Source: Macrostomum lignano (lineage: Eukaryota). Taken from it: a DNA stretch of 64,000 nt. The notes beneath the pieces are model-generated. The model saw only the letters and a program-made list of their open reading frames with translations. It was not told the origin of the DNA and ran no database searches. The DNA is taken from positions 131,868 to 195,867 of the forward strand of contig NIVC01002177.1 of NCBI GenBank assembly GCA_002269645.1, written 5' to 3'. This document shows, piece by piece, positions 14,645-28,800 of the stretch (its first letter is position 1; each line of letters opens with the position of its first letter). The position numbers and the translations under genes were made by a program.

Positions 14645-17600
14645 GCGACCCCCCACTCAGCGTTATGCATTCTCGGGAGCATGCTCTGATTGAGTAGAGC
14701 AGACCACGCTAGGTTTCCGAAGAAGCATTTTTGTGTCTGGTTTACAACAAGCATCGGTAGCTCTCCATTTCTTTACCGGTAAGCATTGCTTGCTAGGCCT
14801 AATCAAGCCTGAACGAGTAACTGTCTCAAAGATGTGCTAATGACTTCTCATCGCCCTGCCCGTGAGCTGTCAACTTCCTCAAAGCAATGCAATGCCGCCC
14901 CTTACCAATCAAAATCGTCTTTTTCCTTTTTCCTCCCGCTCCAGCTCGAGTGTCCATCTCAGCTCAAGCCTCAGCTCCCTTCTAAACTCTTTTGCACGTT
15001 TCTCCACCCGGGAAAATCAATGTATAATCGTTGCGGGCCTGTCCTCTCGGTCTGCTCCTCTAGAAGCTTGCCAGCGACCTCACCTTTGAGACACTTGACT
15101 TACGGATGACCGAAGACCTTCTAGGGTCATGGGGATAGGACAAGAAAGGGACGAAAAAAGTAAGGGAAATTTCGCATGCCCGCGACAACCCCATTGGCTT
15201 GTCTTGCCCAGCCAGCTTGCCCGCAGTAACTAAGCCAATTACTCCCGCAGTCTGCAGGCATCTGGCACCGCCAGCAGCATGCCGCCTCCGAGACTGGTCA
15301 GTCCCCCGACTCATCTTAACGCGTGAGTGGCAACGCAAGAGGCTGGCTATAGAGAGAGAAGGAGTGTTCTTTGAGAATGCGATCTCGCCCACTGCATCAC
15401 TGACGGACCCCTATGCGGTCTCGCGGGTTTCACCGAGCGTTTTCTATTCAAGAATTGTATTCGAGCATCACATTCCTTGCAAAACATTCTCCCTACTGTT
15501 TTGTAGCCGCGCGCGTGTCCAGACTAGCGTGAAATGCCGCCCATCCAGTTGGCTTTGATTGAGAGCGCTTCCTTCATTCCGTCTGGGCTCCTCCGAGGCC
15601 TTTTTTGTAATGCCTCTCATTTTCGGCCTCTCGTTGAGTCTTCAACACTGGCAATCTTTGATGATGAGAATAAACTCTTTATTTAGCTGTCAATCTAGTC
15701 TAAATCGTGAATAATGAGGCACCGTTGTGACCATCTTTGTCACAAAATAGACCAAATATACCCTGGTTGTGTTTCGGTGATCTGCTATTACCTTAGTAAA
15801 TAATTGATCATTGCCCTTAGCGCTTCTTTTCGATGCTTTGGGTCGGCGGGGGTTTCGGGAAATATGCTACAAATGTAACGCACAAGTTGCAGGACAGGTA
15901 ATCACAGGGTTGCGTCCCTAATTATAATCCTCCTTTCCTGTTGTCGTTCTGTCTTTCAGAAAAGCCAGTAGCTGAATATTATTGCTATTCTGGCCTTTCT
16001 TGTTTTATGTGCTTTTTTCCAAATAAAGTCAAAACAACAAGTTCAACTTGTTGAATTGCAAGCACAAAGCCAGGGCAGAAAACCTTTTTTTACCAAAGTC
16101 CACCGAGTTTAGCTTGGTGCCCTAATTAAACAATTCTAAGAACGAAGCAGTTTTGATAGCGACTACAACTACAGGTTGGCTGTTACTATGAAACACTCAG
16201 CAGCAGGGTCAGGCCTGCACACTGCGGTACCGGACAAGATCTCCTGCCATTGGTCGGCAATTATCCTAGCGTTTCTACCTAACAAAGCATGCCTTCTTAT
16301 TACATATTGGCAGCCAAAGCTAGTAATCGGTACAACAGAAGAGATTCAAGCCCGGACTGAAGCACAAAAAAGTAGCTTCATTGAGAAATATTTGCTTTTC
16401 CACAAAAGCAGTCACCGAGGCCACACTGTAAGTGCTACTCGTACATCTAAAATCAGTTGTCTTTTTTTAATTTCTCCGTCTGGCATCCATACACGATCCT
16501 GATCACGCTGGTGTTGCATTAGCGACAATTTACTCGTAGTTGGCCTAGTAGTTTTCATACGAGCTAACTTGCACGCTTTGTGTACACTGATTAGACAAGA
16601 TGTACTTGAAGCAGTGTATAGGCGTATTTAGCAAACATAATTATACGATAAAATCATAAGGTTAAATATATATTAAAAACGTAAAAGATGCGCACAGAAG
16701 AAAGCACACAGCTTATATTACAGCAGCTGTAGGCGGTCTCCATGCTAAAAGGCTAAAAGATAAATGCTAGACGAATACCTCGAGATTCGCGGTATCCAAT
16801 AAACAATCAATTTAAACTGTTCGGTCAAGGGGGTCCTTGAAGAATGGCGGTGCCGTGCGGCTAAAGCACTCAGACTGCTGCAGTGCGATTCGTGGGGGGG
16901 GGGGCAGCTGGAGGGATGCAAAACTGCGCAACCATCCCAGCGCAATCAATCCGTGCTGCAAACGGATCCTCCTTCATATCCCCGCCATCCGCTGTCCCAA
17001 TGCGCAGAGTGTCAGAGTTGACAAAGCGGGGGCCGCTGCATCCGGCATGCAAGAAATCAGAGCCCGCGGATGGGTTGTCCCAGTTGCTGGAGGAGGACAG
17101 AAAGTGAGGAAAAATGATTTGAAGTGGGTCTAAGCTGCGGGCTAGACCATAAAAAGAGACCATTCAATCTTTCTGCTGTCAAGAATTTCTGCTACAATTC
17201 CGGAGAAAAGCAATGATTTGTCGGTCGGGCAGCCCCATTGAAAGATTCAAATAAATTTTCCTTCATTCTTTATAAACAGCTACCTAAATGATTAGTTGAC
17301 CGTTCCTGCCGCACGCTTGTGAGCATTGTTAAATGCCCATTACCATGCTTGAATGAGTCAACTGCTCAACATGGGAAATTTCTCACGCATCTGCTGCGGT
17401 ATTTTGGAAAGCTCAGATCGACTTGTTGGCTAGCAACAGACTCTCATGTTTATGGCCCCGGTTAACGGCTTGAATAATTTTGTAGATTAACCAACTGGCT
17501 TTCAAAACTGCATTATAACTCTCATTTTGCCCCATAATGGAGCAATAATTCTCTCTCTAGGTGCTGACTCTGCAGCGCAATGCTACAAATAATAAGTATG

Positions 17601-19505
17601 CTTGTTATTTTAAAAGAAACGCAAAATACACTTGCAGGGCTTCACAGGACTTGCTTATCTACGCCCGTATCTAAAACTGCCTGGTAGATCCTCTCCTAAG
17701 GCCCTACATGTACCTGCAGCGCTGGTCCCAGATAACGCTACTACACTCGTATAGATAATTCCTCTTCTGCCACTCGCTCTTTAAATTGCCACTCCGTTTC
17801 GACTATAAGATATCGAGTGCAGCTTAGCATAGTACTGTACCGAGTTCAGGAAATACCAGTCTGATATGTCACCGCATGTGGCCGCCATCGAATTGAGTAC
17901 GTGGCAACACGCTCGCGGAAATTCGATACGCAGCAATGGCAACTGAAAAAAAACTATAGTCACTTTTGCAGCCCTGATATGGCTTTTCGAAAAATATCTT
18001 TCAAGGAAATCGAAATGCAAAATCTGAGCTGGCGGTAACCTCTTCACCCGACATTAATTGGGGTCTGTGCCCGTTAAGCAACTGTTGCTTAGGTTAGTTG
18101 CTGTGAAAACTTCTTGCTCGCATGAATGCAGAAGTTGCAGACGCGCAGTTTAACTGTATATTGCACTCTGTTCAGCCGGCTTAGCAACAAGATTGGCACC
18201 GTCACGAGTATTTTCTATTTAGTCCCTTTGTAGACCTCTAGACCCTGAGAAGCCCCCCCCCCACGGCACAGCATGGGGTTGGGGCGCGCATGCCACGGGA
18301 AAAGCTACTAAGGAGAAACTTGTGCTGCAGTCAGTCAGATGGGAGCCCCTGACTAGCTGGCGTCCTCTAGCCAACAAGGCCTGTTACCGAGGCCCATATA
18401 GAGGAAGGTATGGGAGGAACCGCCTGCCCGGAGACAGCAGCGCCCAGTTTGGTACAGTCAGTCTCAATTAACCAAATACCGGCATCTCCGCACCTTTCAG
18501 GCCGGCACCTTCCACAAAAGTTGCTTGTCCCTCGGTACTGTTGTTTTTCTATTCTGCGGTATCTGCCTCTGCCCATCTATTGCACGGGAAAACACAGTTC
18601 CAGTGCTATAGCTATCCATGTGTCGCGGCAAGCCTGCGCATTATTTGAACGGCATTTGATGCAAAAAAGTTGGGGCCGCCTGTCCTCCCTTCATCCCAGC
18701 GCGGCGTGGGGTCCCCCTGTAGCCAGCGTCTCTGTCATCCCTTCTGTGACTGCACGGAGATTTGATAAACCCGCTCGGACAGACGATGACCGCATCTGAT
18801 CGGGGCCGTTGAGGTATTTCTTTAGTTTGGATGATAAACATTTGCCATGACTAACTCAGGCTTGCAATGGGAGCGCATTTATCAATGCTATAGTTATGAA
18901 TAGCTTGACAGCATAATAAAATATCCTACAGAAAGGAGAACAGGGCACCGATATTTAGGATTTGTGAGGTATTTTTCTACAGTATAATCAAAGGACCGTC
19001 TCACAGTCACAAGCAGAACTGGGACTGGGCAATCCAAAAAGGAGCACCCAGTGCAAAAATCCATGGGAACTGCTGGATCCCCAGCCACCTGTTGTTAGCA
19101 TTGCTCAAAGGAGTTAGAGCAGCCGATGGGATGGGTGCTTGGCTTTTTAATATGTTGGCTCCTCTGCCTGGATTTATTAGCGCTGTGTGGACTGAGGGAA
19201 GAAGAGACTTCTGCAGCACAAGCCATGAAGACTTGCCGTTGGGAAAACTGAGCCGACTTGGCCCCCACGCAGTGAGTGGACTCTCCATCATAATGTTTGC
19301 TCATTTTAACCCGGCCCGAGGCAAAACTCAAACATCGCCCGATGAGCTCCAACAAAGCAGGTCTTGCCCCCGAAAGTTGAAGCCGTCAACAGTTACGAAT
19401 ATTGCTAGTCAAATTGGGTCCTACCTCACAAGTGATTGCGCTCATTGGGAATCAGTAGGTAGGAAAGTTTCATCAAAATCATTTGCAGAATTCGCAGAAC
19501 TCGCA

Positions 19506-20894
19506 GACCCCAGATTAATGCGACCGGTCAGCCCAGGGACTGTAGCGAGAGACCCCAGATTAATGCGACCGGTCAGCCCAGGGACTGTGGCGAGAGACCC
19601 CAGATTAATGCGACCGGTCAGCCCAGGGACTGTGGCGAGAGACCCCAGATTAATGCGACCGGTCAGCCCAGGGACTGTGGCGAGAGACCACAGATTAATG
19701 CGACCGGTCAGCCCAGGGACTGTAGCGAGAGACCCCAGATTAATGCGACCGGTCAGCCCAGGGACTGTGGCGAGAGACCCCAGATTAATGCGACCGGTCA
19801 GCCCAGGGACTGTAGCGAGAGACCCCAGATTAATGCGACCGGTCAGCCCAGGGACTGTGGCGAGAGACCCCAGATTAATGCGACCGGTCAGCCCAGGGAC
19901 TGTGGCGAGAGACCACAGATTAATGCGACCGGTCAGCCCAGGGACTGTGGCGAGAGACCCCAGATTAATGCGACCGGTCAGCCCAGGGACTGTAGCGAGA
20001 GACCCCAGATTAATGCGACCGGTCAGCCCAGGGACTGTGGCGAGAGACCCCAGATTAATGCGACCGGTCAGCCCAGGGACTGTGGCGAGAGACCACAGAT
20101 TAATGCGACCGGTCAGCCCAGGGACTGTGGCGAGAGACCCCAGATTAATGCGACCGGTCAGCCCAGGGACTGTGGCGAGAGACCCCAGATTAATGCGACC
20201 GGTCAGCCCAGGGACTGTGGCGAGAGACCACAGATTAATGCGACCGGTCAGCCCAGGGACTGTGGCGAGAGACCACAGATTAATGCGACCGGTCAGCCCA
20301 GGGACTGTGGCGAGAGACCCCAGATTAATGCGACCGGTCAGCCCAGGGACTGTGGCGAGAGACCACAGATTAATGCGACCGGTCAGCCCAGGGACTGTAG
20401 CGAGAGACCCCAGATTAATGCGACCGGTCAGCCCAGGGACTGTAGCGAGAGACCCCAGATTAATGCGACCGGTCAGCCCAGGGACTGTGGCGAGAGACCA
20501 CAGATTAATGCGACCGGTCAGCCCAGGGACTGTAGCGAGAGACCCCAGATTAATGCGACCGGTCAGCCCAGGGACTGTGGCGAGAGACCCCAGATTAATG
20601 CGACCGGTCAGCCCAGGGACTGTGGCGAGAGACCACAGATTAATGCGACCGGTCAGCCCAGGGACTGTGGCGAGAGACCCCAGATTAATGCGACCGGTCA
20701 GCCCAGGGACTGTGGCGAGAGACCCCAGATTAATGCGACCGGTCAGCCCAGGGACTGTGGCGAGAGACCACAGATTAATGCGACCGGTCAGCCCAGGGAC
20801 TGTGGCGAGAGACCACAGATTAATGCGACCGGTCAGCCCAGGGACTGTGGCGAGAGACCCCAGATTAATGCGACCGGTCAGCCCAGGGACTGTG
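19506..20894. repeat. 45-bp minisatellite array (GACCCCAGATTAATGCGACCGGTCAGCCCAGGGACTGTGGCGAGA), about 31 copies
   Basis: Directly visible with only two variable positions. It produces stop-free frames on both strands (DPRLMRPVSPGTVAR and its antisense). Confidence 0.99.
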
Positions 20895-23365
20895 TCGCCC
20901 GCCTTACCACTTCGCCACTCGTACTCTTCTTCTAGCATCCGAGTGATATTCTGAGCGAATGTACTTTCTTTAGTTGTGCTTTTCAGTTCATTAGTGCAAA
21001 GAAATTTAGTTTTTGAACCATACAGATATGCGATTCAGTAAAATGCAGTAAAAATACAGGCAGCCTGCGGGCCAATGGTTGGATCTTTACAAATCACAAA
21101 AGCGGAACTGGAAACCTAACCAACTCTAGGCTAGCAAACTAAAAAGCAGCCCTGATTCCGAGCTGTGATGCAGCACCGGAAGGGATCGGGAAATCCAGCA
21201 AATCTAGAGCTCCCTTGATAGCAGTTTTCAATTCCGATCATTACTCCCATCACAAACGGAAGCTGCTCATTAGAGCTCAAGTCTCATTGGCCTGCACCAA
21301 CCCCCATGCATAATGAGCCTACACCGTGGGCAATAAATTTTGTTTTTGCCCCGTCCCAGCTTCAACCCTTTCAATCCCTATAGTAGCCCAGATTGACTTT
21401 GGGGCCTCTCTTCCAGCTGATTAGATCGCTGCTCCAGCCGAAAACCCTCCACAATCCCGGAAAGACAAAGAGGCAACTCGCTGGAACTCGCCAAAAACTT
21501 TCAAGTAGAAAAGCGCTACAGCCCAAGAGCTTGCAATCTTTACAATTCCACATAACTTTTCTACACTAAGATCATTTCGGTACATCGCGGTTCCGCAGAT
21601 GAATGATGCGCGCATAGCAACCAGGCCAGATCCTGATGTGCGAAAGTGCTACTAGAATCCGCCAATGGAGGCAGGCAAATTCTAGGTTGTATCGTTTGTT
21701 GCAATGCCCAGCTGCAGGCAGCTGTGCCTGGAGAAACAGAAACTCGATTTCGCTTGATCGGAGCCGCTCTGTCGCGCAGTTTCTCTCCTAGCCGGCTAGC
21801 GCAAGCTGAATAACTGCGCGCGTGGGAATCGGTCTGAAACTGAATGCGTGAGACAATTCGGATCGAAATTCTGGCCCACTGGTTGCCCTTTGCCCTCCCT
21901 CTCAGCTTTCATCTCTCCGCCATCTCTCCATGCGGCTCAGTCTGCTCTCTTGCTCCACTGCCGATCCGCATGAGATGAGGAAATGGAACTGGGACGAAGC
22001 GGTGATAAAAAAATAACACAATTGTGGCGCTCACGAAGGGACTGAACTAATCAGAAGCAATGGACGGATGAAGTTCCGTACGCTTCGACAGCAGCTTTCT
22101 GGGCGGCGCAATAACCCAGGTAGCTGGTGCGACTGTAGCGCATCCGGCCTTTTAGACAATGGGGGGATTTGGGGAACAAAGAAAATGGTCTCCCCAGCGG
22201 AAAGCGAAGTCTGGCTGCTTCAATCGGGAGGGGATGCTGCAGGGACAGAGTCAAGAGGCCACGGGGGGGGCCGAGTCAGCTCCCGAAAAAGTTTCCTAGC
22301 CCAACTGAAACTTCCGGGATGTCTGTGCTGCATCAGGGGATTTGCAGTGCAGTTAAAGAAGCTTTCTAAAGCTCTTCGCTTACTCTGAGTGAGCGTTTTT
22401 ATTCATGCCTGTGTTTCACCCGCCTCAAAGCAGATGACTTGGCAAGGAACTAAAATTTACGACTTCTAAAATAATAGCGACTAGAGGGAGGTATTTCAAA
22501 CTTCAAAGTTTCGTAAAGTGGCAAAATACTAGTGCATTTCTTTAGCCTTTAGTGTCATATCCAACGGTGTCTTTCGGACCGAATTGGTTCGGCACGGATA
22601 AAGCGAATTTCTCGCGCACATAAATAGCACCTGTTTGACACGCTTGTCAGTCATGGTGCCGAATCTCCGGTTCGGTGGGCGAGCAGCTGTCCCCTGAAGT
22701 GAGGTGGGGCGCCTTAGCTCCTCAAACCTCAAACACAGCATGTAGCTGCAGTTGCAGGTGGATTTTTTATGGTAGCAGTGTATTAATAACATCGGATTAT
22801 CCTGAGCCGAGATCAACACCAGCAGCAATAGGCTGATTGTTAATTCTGCTTTTCGAAAAGCCGACTAGCTGTGTTTGATGTTTCATTTCCTGTCGGCGAA
22901 GGCTTTGAATCATCAAATTTATAATGAGTTATCTGTAACCCTGCCTTTTGAGTGCGGCAACTACCTAAACACGAGTGCGCGAGAAGTACATTCGGGTTTA
23001 ACCAAACAAGGCCCGGGAAATGCGTTTTTGTCTATGGAACTTGCACAGTGGGGATCAGGGTTTTTGAGGACGGAGTCTATGGTAAAACAAGTATTAGTGA
23101 ATATCAAAATCGTTAGTCAATGCCAATGGCAATTACATTTATTTGATTGGCAACGGCTTGTAAACGGAGGAGAAGAATTCCTAGCATCCCTACAGATGAA
23201 GTCGGGATCGCATGCCGCATTATTGAGCACACTATTGAGCGCGCATTTGATTGACAACTGGATAAGGCCCGATGATTAAAATAAATCAACGATTTTGGAA
23301 ATCAAAGTGATGGCATGAACTGAAAGTACAAGCAGCATCTTTGCATTGGCAGATTATGGAGGCTT

Positions 23366-23366
23366 T

Positions 23367-23415
<49 letters not shown>

Positions 23416-23420
23416 GTTTA
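23366..23420. repeat. (ATT)n microsatellite
   Basis: Directly visible. Confidence 0.95.
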
Positions 23421-23646
23421 TTTTTATTAAATGGGTAGTGTCTTTTTGTGAAAATATTTGAGGCAAACTGATAAACCCAACGTAAAAATACGCTAAATTA
23501 AGTACTCATGCAACGGTAGCTTGAATTTCCACAATGGCTCTATCTTATTGAGTCATTAGCTAAAATAAACGCCTTATCTTCTTCAGTAAGGCTTTAAAAT
23601 TCGAAACATTATCCGGGATTTCTTGCTCAAATTGAGCAACTCCGCC

Positions 23647-24960
23647 TGAGCCATGGCATCTCAGCAACCCCCAATTGAGCCATGGCATCTCAGCAACTCC
23701 CATTGAGCCATGGCATCTCAGCAACTCCCATTGAGCCATGGCATCTCAGCAACTCCCATTGAGCCATGGCATCTCAGCAACTCCCATTGAGCCATGGCAT
23801 CTCAGCAACTCCCATTGAGCCATGGCATCTCAGCAACTCCCATTGAGCCATGGCATCTCAGCAACTTCCTTATGAGCCATGGCATCTCAGCAACTTCCTT
23901 ATGAGCCATGGCATCTCAGCAACTCTCATTGAGCTATGGCATCTCAGCAACTCCCCATTGAACCATGGCATCTCAGCAACTCCCCATTGAGCCTTGGCAT
24001 CTCAGCAACTTCCTTATGAGCCATGGCATCTCAGCAACTCCCATTGAGCCATGGCATCTCAGCAACTCTCATTGAGCTATGGCATCTCAGCAACTCCCAT
24101 TGAGCCATGGCATCTCAGCAATTCTCATTGAGCCATGGCATCTCAGCAACTCCCATTGAGCCATGGCATCTCAGCAACTCCCTTATTGAGCCATGGCATC
24201 TCAGCAATTCTCATTGAGCCATGGCATCTCAGCAACTCTCATTGAGCTATGGCATCTCAGCAACTCCCATTGAGCCATGGCATCTCAGCAACTCCCATTG
24301 AGCCATGGCATCTCAGCAACTCCCCCATTGAGCCATGGCATCTCAGCAACTCCCATTGAGCCATGGCATCTCAGCAACTCCCATTGAGCCATGGCATCTC
24401 AGCAATTCTCATTGAGCCATGGCATCTCAGCAACTCCCATTGAGCCATGGCATCTCAGCAACTCCCCATTGAGCCATGGCATCTCAGCAATTCTCATTGA
24501 GCCATGGCATCTCAGCAACTCCCATTGAGCCATGGCATCTCAGCAACTCCCCCATTGAGCCATGGCATCTCAGCAACTCTCATTGAGCCATGGCATCTCA
24601 GCAACTCCCCCATTGAGCCATGGCATCTCAGCAATTCTCATTGAGCCATGGCATCTCAGCAACTCCCATTGAGCCATGGCATCTCAGCAATTCTCATTGA
24701 GCCATGGCATCTCAGCAACTCTCATTGAGCCATGGCATCTCAGCAACTCTCATTGAGCCTTGGCATCTCAGCAACTCTCATTGAGCCATGGCATCTCAGC
24801 AACTCTCATTGAGCCTTGGCATCTCAGCAACTCTCATTGAGCCATGGCATCTCAGCAACTCTCATTGAGCCTTGGCATCTCAGCAACTCCCATTGAGCCA
24901 TGGCATCTCAGCAACTCTCATTGAGCCTTGGCATCTCAGCAACTCCCCCTTTCAGCCATG
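23647..24960. repeat. About 28-bp minisatellite array (ATTGAGCCATGGCATCTCAGCAACTCCC), about 47 copies
   Basis: A constant TGAGCCATGGCATCTCAGCAA core alternates with a short variable pyrimidine linker. Confidence 0.98.
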
Positions 24961-25833
24961 GAATTTCAGCCATGAGAAAGAAGTGACTCAGACAAAAATA
25001 GAGCAACAAAGATGGGGTGACTGCTTATTCGAAACAATCTGAAATCTGACACGGAAGCCCTTGTTATCACCCATGAGGCCCATCAAGTCTTTTGGAGCAG
25101 GCTGGGTTTCCAGGCAAGCCGGCAGAAATTAAACCTGTTTTTCTGCCTTCTCCTCGGCCCAGTGGAACTGTTACAGCTTAACAGAACAGCTTAGCCCAAG
25201 ATCCGACGCAGGGCTCTCTCCGAGTCCGCAGCTGATTGGTCGCTGTGTTTTACTGCCATTTTGGGACCAGTGAATCCGCAGTGGTTATTGCGGCATGCGG
25301 ATGAATGCTTGCCCCACCCTCCTATAGGCTGCGGGCAAAAAGGGAGAGCAGCATGGAGGTTTATAACTTCTACTGCAGAGAATTTTCCACATGGTCCCGA
25401 AAGTTCGCTTATCAACAAGAGAAAAGCTGCGAGTTTGAATCCCGCGGACAAGCAAATAAAGCGGAAAAAAGCAAAAGCATTCTGATAGTAGTTCATCAAA
25501 GCAGATAGAGATTTCTTCCATTGTGAGTATCAAATGAATTATTAATAATAACAATAATAATCGCGGGACAGCACACTGGCGCAACGCCTTCGGAGACCTC
25601 GTCCCGTAACAAGCGAATGCCCGATCCGCTGACATGCAATCACGCACTCACACACACGCTCACACGGGGTGTACAGCGAACCTGGCTTTCTAATCATCGG
25701 CATGTACACTCTCTGTGTCTTGGGGGGTGGCCTTCATGGGTTTCCCAGTTTAATTTTTTGTGGACAAGCCGCAAACTATCGGTAATGTAGCCATGCACAT
25801 CTCCAATTTCAGTCCTTCGCTACTCAGGCCAGA

Positions 25834-28800
25834 ATGGCCAGAATTCCCAAAGCCACCAACGCGGCAATGGTGATCGCTTGCATTCTCTGCTGGTGCTCAA
25901 CAGTGTCAAGCGCCCTGGAGATCAGCATTGACGAGGAGCTGGCCAACGGCACAGTCATCGGCAATGTGAAGGCTCTGCACTACGACCTGCACAAGATACC
26001 CACCGCTGGGAAGAAGTTCCGCATTTTCCACAAGGCCCGCCAGGAACAGAGGGCGGACCTGTTCGAAGTGGACCCCGACTCCGGTGACATTCGGGTCAAG
26101 GGACGCATCGACAGGGAGGCTCTGTGCCCAGATAATCCTCCCCAGTGCAGGTGAGAGGCTTCACAGATTCGCCTGTTTGCAGCAGGCCTGCGTGTGACTT
26201 TTAATATTTAAAACAACTTTGATTTTTTAACCTGTGTACTTAGCCTGGCTACTCTCACACTGACTACTCTCATGCTGGCTACTCTCGTGCTGGCTACTCT
26301 CATGCTGGTTACTCTCATGCTGGCTACTCTCACACTGGCTACTCTCACACTGGCTACTCTCACACTGACTACTCTCACACTGACTACTCTCACACTGACT
26401 ACTCTCACACTGACTACTCTCACACTGACTACTCTCACACTGACTACTCTCATTCTGGCTACTCTCACACTGACTACTCTCATGCTGGCTACTCTCATTC
26501 TGGCTACTCTCACACTGACTACTCTCATGCTGGCTACTCTCATTCTGGCTACTCTCACACTGACTACTCTCACACTGACTAATCTCACACTGACTACTCT
26601 CACACTGACTACTCTCACACTGACTACTCTCACACTGACTACTCTCACACTGACTACTCTCACACTGACTACTCTCATGCTGGCTACTCTCACACTGACT
26701 ACTCTCATGCTGGCTACTCTCACACTGACTACTCTCACACTGACTACTCTCACACTGACTACTCTCACACTGACTACTCTCACACTGACTACTCTCATGC
26801 TGGCTACTCTCACACTGACTACTCTCATGCTGGCTACTCGCACACTGACTACTCTCATGCTGGCTACTCTCATGCTGGCTACTCTCATGCTGGCTACTCT
26901 CATTCTGGCTACTCTCACACTGACTACTCTCATGCTGGCTACTCTCACACTGACTACTCTCACACTGACTACTCTCACACTGACTACTCTCACACTGACT
27001 ACTCTCACACTGACTACTCTCACACTGACTACTCTCATGCTGGCTACTCTCACACTGACTACTCTCATGCTGGCTACTCGCACACTGACTACTCTCATGC
27101 TGGCTACTCTCATGCTGGCTACTCTCATGCTGGCTACTCTCATGCTGGCTACTCTCATTCTGGCTACTCTCATGCTATCCGGTTACTCTCATGGGCTTAC
27201 ACTACCAGACTATTGCATCACAAAAATCGAAAACAAGAACAGATAATGCATCCCGGTTCAAACGTAGAAGTTTTTTAAAGAAAATATTTTACGTCAGCTT
27301 TTTCGGCCCTAAAAAAGTCAGGAAAGGAATGCAATCGAAATCGGAAATGGCGCACAATAAAAACTGCTTGCCCCAGACACCGATGCACAGTTTCTGTTCG
27401 GATCGATTGCGTAATCAGATGCCAAGCCGTTCCAGGATCCCTAGCTATGGCAGTCAAGACCAAATAGCCACTGAGAGCCTTATCGGGGCTGAAGAAATTG
27501 GCGATTCTTGGAAATCCCAGACTATTGCAAACTCCCAAACGAAAATACCTAAAAGATAAATCCAATTTCCATGGTGATTTTCTTCAGGAATTCAATTTGG
27601 ATCGCCAATAAGGACAGCGTGGATAGCTTGGGGAAATTGGGAAAAGCACTGAAGAGGCAGATAATGAAATGAGAGAGCGGCACATGCAATACTGGGGGGG
27701 GGGGTGCTTCCGCAGAATTTCAACAGTTTTTGTGTTTTACAATCTCGAGGATTTATTAGTCATTCTCCAAAATTTCCCCGCTAATGCTGCTTCTCTTTAG
27801 TCCAACTGTCAACTGCATCCTGCGGGATATGCATGCAACTCCGAGGCATGAAAATTTACGGACATTGGCCCACTATTGATGACGAGATGCTTTTTATGAA
27901 GATTCCCATCCCGCATAAAATTTGCCCTCTGCCACTCAACGCTAGCAATATTCTCCCAAATAATGTGTCCCAGAATCCGGACTTAAGTTTCCTGGCGTGG
28001 GGGAATATAAACACGCATTAATGCAACACCCCAACATGATCAGCTCACTTCCTATAATCCCAATGACCGCGCGTTTGCTTAGCTCTGAATTCAGCAGCAA
28101 TTAGGATCGGGTGGGACAAGCGGGGGGTGGAGTGCAAGTGCTATTCACTGACCCATTGTCACCTCCGCCAGACAGCTCAATGGGAACCCAGCTCTGTCTT
28201 TCCTGCCCCGGGCTTCACTTTGCCTGAGTCAACTCCACCAGCTGTAATAGTTTCGCTATATTTTTACAATGCAGTGAGACTAGTTGATTCCCCAGACCCC
28301 ATTATGCTCGCAATTCGCTGGCCTCCCCAGCTCTCATTTCAGCAACTGCCTGGTAGACATAGAATTCTAGAAAACTAACTGGAAGCGAAGGCTTTTTTGG
28401 GGGGCGGACACAACCGGGCCGAGTGGGAGCCTGCATGTTTTCTGGCTGCCTTATTCAACACTAATGTTTTCACTAATAATTGGCTGCTGTTATTAAGAGT
28501 AATATTTAATTCTTTAAGTTTATTTTTTTAATTAACAAGTCAGTGCTTATTAAGAGTCACTAAAGGTATTTGTGACATATCTTAACAAAACTAATATTTT
28601 TGCAAAGCCGCAAAGTAAACACATAGGATCAGTAAAAAATCATAGTATGAACATAAATTAGCTGCTTAATCTAATCTATGAAGAAGATGCATCGCGGTAC
28701 CATCGCCACTGCATCGCGGTACTTTCCGGCGATCGATTTCACCTGATGCATCGCGGTCAAACTCGACGATTTCGTCGAGTCTCTTCCTGCCGACCGTCGA

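Noticed and set aside
23647-24960. CRISPR-like appearance (partly palindromic 28-bp repeats)
   Set aside because: There are no unique spacers and no cas genes, and the context is eukaryotic. It is a minisatellite.
26208-27246. 321-324 aa ORFs on both strands
   Set aside because: They arise from a 15-bp tandem array inside protocadherin intron 1.
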